Positions 60,054 to 64,000 of a stretch of 64,000 bases of DNA are shown one piece after another. The stretch lies in the IMG/VR virus record IMGVR_UViG_3300029319_000008. One strand, given 5' to 3'. The notes under the pieces were generated by a model that worked only from the letters and a program-made list of their open reading frames with translations, made no database searches and was not told the DNA's origin. A program made the translations under genes and the position numbers. Source of the stretch: an uncultured virus (IMG/VR IMGVR_UViG_3300029319_000008) (lineage: Duplodnaviria > Heunggongvirae > Uroviricota > Caudoviricetes). How positions within the stretch are numbered: the first letter of the stretch is position 1; each line of letters opens with the position of its first letter.

Positions 60054-60253
60054 TAGTGTAATACTCCTTTCACGTCACTTGATAAGTAAGTTGATTTACC
60101 ATTGCACACGTTGTCAACAAGGTTGTCGTATGTTTGCATGTCCCACCCCTTCTCCTCTGGGATATTAAGTTCATATGCCATCATGATGAGGTCATAGGCA
60201 TAATCGTATTGAGTTGGGGTTAACTCAATACAGATTCCGTTTGGTTTGTTCAT
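60053..60253 (-). CDS. Hypothetical protein, 66 aa
   Basis: ATGA-coupled ORF in an early cassette. Confidence 0.7.
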   Translation of the reverse strand: MNKPNGICIELTPTQYDYAYDLIMMAYELNIPEEKGWDMQTYDNLVDNVCNGKSTYLSSDVKGVLH

Positions 60254-60519
60254 GATACTAATTCCTCCATCATGTCGGTCATTTCTTCGGCGTTGATCTT
60301 TTCGTCATTCCATGCTACGCCGTCCTCTGTTTTGCTTAGGATATTGTTGAGGATCGGGTCAGTCATTAATGATATGAAGTGCTGCCAAGGATTGTCCACC
60401 ATACCTAATCTGCTCTTGTTGACACATGCCTTAGCAATCTCATAGAGAAGTTGGTCGTTGTTGATCCATAGTGAGGCGTTCCATGTTTCGTAGTTTGCCC
60501 ACCCGTTGTATGTTGTCAT
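60250..60519 (-). CDS. Hypothetical protein, 89 aa (YNGWANYETWN motif)
   Basis: The ATG at 60519 lies downstream of the -10 box, whereas the track start at 60546 lies inside it. Confidence 0.8.
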   Translation of the reverse strand: MTTYNGWANYETWNASLWINNDQLLYEIAKACVNKSRLGMVDNPWQHFISLMTDPILNNILSKTEDGVAWNDEKINAEEMTDMMEELVS

Positions 60520-60544
60520 GTGGTGTTGTGTGTTGTATGTACTC

Positions 60545-60599
60545 ATTATAAACCCTATAGTGAATAATGGTCAAGGGGTTGTGACAGTTTAAAAATTGA
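60545..60599 (-). promoter_or_regulatory. Early promoter element 4 (distal half degenerate)
   Basis: TGTGACAGTT at 60580-60589; TATAAT at 60545-60550; 29-nt spacing; TTGACC at 60569-60574. Confidence 0.7.
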
Positions 60600-60933
60600 C
60601 CTCTAGTAGTTCTTTCTCTTCAGGTGTTAGACATTCTTCGTGTACTCTGTACGCTCCGTCGTGAAAGTCGGTATGTTGGGCGTAAACATCATACGCCGTA
60701 ATGTCCTCATCACAGTCAATCAACCCTCCACACCTGTCACACTCAAACCTATTACATAAAGCACACAACCACCCGTCCCTTTGTCCTAACCAGTTCCCGT
60801 CTTCATCCTCTACGTCTCTGTCTGCTGGTATTCTATTAACAAATAGACCCGTTCCAAATGATGTGTCTTTGAGACATTCTACACAATGGTTGCCGATGTT
60901 CCCACATACTAAGGGGTGTAATTTCTTAGTCAT
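60589..60933 (-). CDS. Cys-rich (multi-CxxC) hypothetical protein, 114 aa
   Basis: CVEC, CALC, CDRC and HEEC motifs; FVNRIPAD. Confidence 0.75.
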   Translation of the reverse strand: MTKKLHPLVCGNIGNHCVECLKDTSFGTGLFVNRIPADRDVEDEDGNWLGQRDGWLCALCNRFECDRCGGLIDCDEDITAYDVYAQHTDFHDGAYRVHEECLTPEEKELLEVNF

Positions 60934-61138
60934 AAATCCACTTGATAGGAGAATCAGATTCAAAGATAAAATCTATATGCACATAGCAGTCGTTGATGTC
61001 TTCATATTCCATGATGGTATTTTCTCTGACATCTGCTATTGCTTGGTCTTTCAATTCCTCTATAGATAGGTTGCCTTTATAGTAGAATACTTCTTCTTCT
61101 TTGTATTCTTCTCTGGCAACTACAACGTAGTATTTCAT
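60926..61138 (-). CDS. Hypothetical protein, 70 aa
   Basis: Coupled ORF in an early cassette. Confidence 0.7.
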   Translation of the reverse strand: MKYYVVVAREEYKEEEVFYYKGNLSIEELKDQAIADVRENTIMEYEDINDCYVHIDFIFESDSPIKWIYD

Positions 61139-61347
61139 TGTTCTGTGACCTCCTGTATGATATCAGGGAAATGATCTTGCCAATACTCCTCTGCTTCCCT
61201 CATAAATTCAGCATAGGTCAAGTCATCAAAGTATTTGAAATAATCGTCCATGACATAATCTGCTAATTCTTCAGTGGTCATGTTATCGACTATACGTTCA
61301 GTTAGCAACTCTTTCAAGTCAATTAACTGTTCACGAGTTAAAGTCAT
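61135..61347 (-). CDS. Hypothetical acidic helical protein, 70 aa
   Basis: ATG at 61347 (MTLTREQL...ERIVDNM) overlaps the upstream stop. Confidence 0.75.
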   Translation of the reverse strand: MTLTREQLIDLKELLTERIVDNMTTEELADYVMDDYFKYFDDLTYAEFMREAEEYWQDHFPDIIQEVTEQ

Positions 61348-61490
61348 AATACAACGACCTCTATTAACTCTTGTATGTCTTCTGTCTTGACTGTGCAAGA
61401 AAGTATAGAATCTTCTGCTCTATACTTACACTCATGTAGTAATCTACTAAGGTTAGACCACTGTTGAGCATTTAGTGTGATGTCGATCAT
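61344..61490 (-). CDS. 48-aa hypothetical protein, not in the ORF track (MIDITLNAQQWSNL...)
   Basis: First ATG behind element 5; ATGA coupling to the next gene. Confidence 0.65.
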   Translation of the reverse strand: MIDITLNAQQWSNLSRLLHECKYRAEDSILSCTVKTEDIQELIEVVVL

Positions 61491-61511
61491 AGTTGTGTGT
61501 TGTATGTAATC

Positions 61512-61570
61512 AGTTTAACCCATGATGAGGTGTAATAGGAAGACAGTGTACCAGTAATCTAACTGGCACA
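61512..61570 (-). promoter_or_regulatory. Early promoter element 5
   Basis: TGTACCAGTA-N4-AACTGGCACA at 61547-61570; TAAACT at 61512-61517; 29-nt spacing. Confidence 0.7.
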
Positions 61571-61804
61571 CACCCACTTGATTTTGCCTTCTTCGTTGAG
61601 AATATCGAAGCATATCTCACAAAGACAGTCAGCATCAGGTTCAGCACCTCGCCAGTCATAATCCTCCTCTAAGGGAGCGTCCCAGTAATAATAGAGGTCG
61701 GGTTGATAATCGGGTAATGCTGTCTTTGATGATTTTGGGAACATCTTTGTAGGTTCTTCAATATGCTCATCATTGAAGTTCCCACACTTGTCACACATTG
61801 CCAT
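61559..61804 (-). CDS. Zinc-finger-like hypothetical protein, 81 aa
   Basis: CDKC...CLCEIC; ATG at 61804 coupled by TAATG. Confidence 0.75.
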   Translation of the reverse strand: MAMCDKCGNFNDEHIEEPTKMFPKSSKTALPDYQPDLYYYWDAPLEEDYDWRGAEPDADCLCEICFDILNEEGKIKWVCAS

Positions 61805-62328
61805 TAGAGATACCCTGCTATCTCTGCTCCTGGCTCGTCGTAGAACCAACTTACAGATAGATCATCAAATTGCTCTCTGATAGCATAACAGATTGCTTCA
61901 GGTGGCGACCATGCTGTATTAAACGACACCTCAAACTCATTAGGCATGTAGTCATCATCAATCTCTACGTCATAGCAATCCCACTTAGTGTCCCAGTTAG
62001 CAATTCGCCAGTCATACCAGCGATCATCAACCTCATTAGTTGATGGGAATCTAAGACCAGCATAAAAAGGATTTTCATGCTTTACCATTACAGAACACTC
62101 ACCGACCTCACCTCTACTATTGCTGAATGAATAGCGTTTAACTTGTTCTTCACTCAATGGTGTTTTAGTCCAGTCAGGTTCGGGAATAAAGTGACCAAAT
62201 ACTGTCTCAGTCCTCTCTTTTAACTCGTCATTCTCATCTAGTGCTTTAGAGAATATCTTGTGCAATTTTAGAATTGCTGTTGTGTCCTGACTATAAAAGC
62301 GTACACGATTGTGACAATGGTTAGGCAT
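61804..62328 (-). CDS. DUF1281/YubB-like ferredoxin-fold protein, 174 aa
   Basis: MPNHC.N...WYDWR..NWDTKW...F.TAWSPP...YDEPG signature. Confidence 0.8.
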   Translation of the reverse strand: MPNHCHNRVRFYSQDTTAILKLHKIFSKALDENDELKERTETVFGHFIPEPDWTKTPLSEEQVKRYSFSNSRGEVGECSVMVKHENPFYAGLRFPSTNEVDDRWYDWRIANWDTKWDCYDVEIDDDYMPNEFEVSFNTAWSPPEAICYAIREQFDDLSVSWFYDEPGAEIAGYL

Positions 62329-62354
62329 AGAATTGCTTTGTTGTGTATGTAATC

Positions 62355-62449
62355 AGTTTAACTCATAACTTATCATAATGTACCAGTCAGTGTGACAGTT
62401 TATAAAGTGGCACATTACCTATTGCACTGTCCCATCACTCTGTTATAAT
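62355..62449. promoter_or_regulatory. Early promoter element 6, apparently bidirectional
   Basis: TGTGACAGTT-N4-AAGTGGCACA at 62391-62414; minus-strand TAAACT 30 nt away; plus-strand TGnTATAAT 29 nt away. Confidence 0.7.
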
Positions 62450-62531
62450 AAAGGTATAAGAGAGGAGGGATGTATCTCCGAAGACGAAAAAGATCGACAC
62501 TCACCCTGCCAACTTTTAAAAAAAGGTAAGC

Positions 62532-62556
62532 AAAAAAAAAGAGACCCTTAGGTCTC
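62532..62556 (-). terminator. Intrinsic terminator
   Basis: GAGACC-TAAG-GGTCTC followed by T9; overlaps the stop codon of the upstream gene. Confidence 0.8.
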
Positions 62557-62715
62557 AAATTGATTTTCCCAAATAGTGGTTTTAAATCTCTTAACTGCTT
62601 CGTCTAGCAGTTGAATGTCACCGTCACAAACGTCAGCAACATCTTCTTCTTCGAGGTGACAGAAGGCATTGTTAATGTCACCTATGAGAGTTAATAGGGC
62701 GTCGTAGTTGCTCAT
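62548..62715 (-). CDS. Hypothetical protein, 55 aa
   Basis: ATG at 62715, 2 nt after the upstream stop. Confidence 0.7.
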   Translation of the reverse strand: MSNYDALLTLIGDINNAFCHLEEEDVADVCDGDIQLLDEAVKRFKTTIWENQFET

Positions 62716-62717
62716 GA

Positions 62718-62885
62718 TTAATGTCTGTCTGATATGTACCATGTACCCTGATTAGGTGTAGGTAATGGTTGAAAGTTTCTGTTTGACATATCTCTCAACA
62801 CTGCTTGAATAACTGGATTATTCATTGCTGACTCATTGACTAGCACTCTGCCGTCGTATAATGGTTTTAGTTGATTGTCGAACAT
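62718..62885 (-). CDS. Hypothetical protein, 55 aa (MFDNQLKPLYDGRVLVN...)
   Basis: GAGGA Shine-Dalgarno and ATG at 62885 behind element 7. Confidence 0.75.
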   Translation of the reverse strand: MFDNQLKPLYDGRVLVNESAMNNPVIQAVLRDMSNRNFQPLPTPNQGTWYISDRH

Positions 62886-62906
62886 TGTTCCTCTGTTGTT
62901 ATTACT

Positions 62907-62965
62907 ATTATAACCCATAGTCAAGTGTATGGGAGGGCATGTGTGCCAGTTTGTGAACTGTCACA
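62907..62965 (-). promoter_or_regulatory. Early promoter element 7
   Basis: TGTGCCAGTT-N4-AACTGTCACA at 62942-62965; TATAAT at 62907-62912; 29-nt spacing. Confidence 0.8.
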
Positions 62966-63048
62966 ACTTGAATGCATCCCTGGTCCAGGCAATGATCCAA
63001 ATAAGGATCCAGTACATGCATTTAGTTACTACTGCCGTGAGTAGAATT

Positions 63049-63657
63049 TCATACAACGTCGTTAATCCTCCTATGTGTGACCCATGTAATCGCTTGAATC
63101 TGAGCAGCACTATATGAAGTGCCCTCGATTCGGTTTATCTCGACGGCAGCGGTCTTATAACAGTCGCTGACGGTCTTGTATAGTTTGTTGCTGATAGCGG
63201 GAACCTCATTAAGTGAAGTGTACATGCCACGCCATATATTGAAGGCGTGACCATCAACAGTAATTTCATCACACTTGCCGTCGGTTAAAATACCTCTGAA
63301 AAATGCTATAGTTTTGTTCCCTTTAAGTATAGCACATATGTTGTCGCTTGAGTCAATGTCACATTCAAGAATAGTAATTGCTTTATCCTTTTGACCATTG
63401 AAAGTGCACACATTAGGATAATCATACCCTAGGCAATAAGCACGGATTAATTGTTCAGCATCTAAAATGTTTCTGTCCCATTTATTGTTAGGAGATAGAG
63501 CAGATACAACTCCTACAACCTGACTTAATGGAATCATGTAGAAATCGCTGATCTCTTTACAGATATCATGAGCATTATTGTACCATACAGTTCCTTCTTG
63601 TCTGTCTACGGGTGTTGCCTGCATGTACATAGCAAGAATGTTTTTGATGTCGGGCAT
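63049..63657 (-). CDS. Conserved phage protein, 202 aa, possibly HhH-glycosylase-like fold
   Basis: G..WY...ALSP...W.RN...K..AF...TVDGH...Y......Y..AA...QIQAITW pattern. Confidence 0.75.
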   Translation of the reverse strand: MPDIKNILAMYMQATPVDRQEGTVWYNNAHDICKEISDFYMIPLSQVVGVVSALSPNNKWDRNILDAEQLIRAYCLGYDYPNVCTFNGQKDKAITILECDIDSSDNICAILKGNKTIAFFRGILTDGKCDEITVDGHAFNIWRGMYTSLNEVPAISNKLYKTVSDCYKTAAVEINRIEGTSYSAAQIQAITWVTHRRINDVV

Positions 63658-63679
63658 GACTTGTTGTGTTGTTATTCAT

Positions 63680-63739
63680 AATATAACAGCAAAAAAGGGG
63701 GGCGTAAACCCCCCTTGTGCCACTTTGTTGACTGTCACA
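63680..63739 (-). promoter_or_regulatory. Early promoter element 8 with an embedded terminator hairpin
   Basis: TGTGCCACTT-N4-GACTGTCACA at 63716-63739; TATATT at 63680-63685; the spacer reads GGGGGG-TTTACG-CCCCCC-TTTTTT on the minus strand. Confidence 0.75.
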
Positions 63740-64000
63740 TCACGACGTCACACAACTCAAAGCGTCGTGACGGTATATGTCAACTTCTTTAGTTGGTGTC
63801 TCACTCCAACCAATTTCCCAGCATCTCCAACCCTTACCGACTGTGAAAAGGTATGCCCACTCTTCGCCACAGTTGCCAGAAATAAAATCCTCTAGTGAGG
63901 TTAACTTCGGGGGGCAGTCCTCACCTCTCTCTGAATAATAGAGGGGTGATGGTTCACTCTTAACGGGTGAGTAAATATGGTCTCCCTCGGCGTCCTTGAT
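63740..64000 (-). CDS. 3' part of a hypothetical gene entering from the right edge
   Basis: Open frame of 86 codons: ...PLYYSERGEDCPP...EEWAYLF...WRCW...; stop at 63740. Confidence 0.75.
   Translation of the reverse strand: MKDAEGDHIYSPVKSEPSPLYYSERGEDCPPKLTSLEDFISGNCGEEWAYLFTVGKGWRCWEIGWSETPTKEVDIYRHDALSCVTS

Noticed and set aside
58782..63044. tRNA, hammerhead, twister or pistol ribozyme calls for the structured intergenic elements
   Set aside because: No cloverleaf with a TTCRA loop, no CUGANGA/GAAA core, and no convincing twister or pistol pseudoknot was found by eye.
59196..63739. CRISPR array interpretation of the repeated palindromes
   Set aside because: Copies are degenerate, 270-970 nt apart and separated by whole genes; no cas genes are present.
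469..63895. Plus-strand and alternative-frame ORFs in the track that overlap the large minus-strand genes
   Set aside because: Shadow ORFs of codon-biased genes, with no RBS, promoter or recognisable motif.
1..64000. Alternative genetic code or stop-codon reassignment
   Set aside because: Very long ORFs are intact under the standard code, and TAA, TGA and TAG all act as stops.

Overview
AT-rich segment of a large T4-like myovirus. Gene content and order match the Kyanoviridae-type (cyanophage-like) virion module. The cyanobacterial host is an inference, because no photosynthesis genes lie in the window. Almost everything is on the minus strand. In transcription order (right to left) the window holds: (1) an early region (~58.9-64 kb) of small genes arranged as cassettes; (2) a structured non-coding boundary (~58.64-58.95 kb); (3) a few small conserved genes; (4) the baseplate genes gp25-gp6-gp7(3554 aa)-gp8 and a 2091-aa VrlC/DUF4815-type protein; (5) a cluster of fibre/structural proteins (739, ~3090, 256, 4043, 230 and 1165 aa); (6) neck, tail-completion and packaging genes gp13-gp14-gp15-gp16, small ORFs and gp17. 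T4-type late promoters (TAAATA core) precede many structural genes. The most notable unexplained structure is as follows. Eight copies of a 24-bp palindrome sit exactly 29-30 nt upstream of a -10 box at gene-cassette junctions, and one copy also fires divergently into a short plus-strand transcript. Two copies of a bulged-hairpin RNA motif (GUGG-CG...YG-UAAGW-CCAC) lie in 3' intergenic positions. Three cupredoxin-like domains with a complete His/Cys-x2-His-x2-Met ligand set sit in the giant fibres, which show nested (Russian-doll) domain insertion. A 27-aa remnant of a collapsed LamG paralog is present. A 10-N scaffold gap shifts the frame at the edge of an apparent insertion in the ~3090-aa gene. 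All family calls come from recognising motifs by eye; no searches were run.
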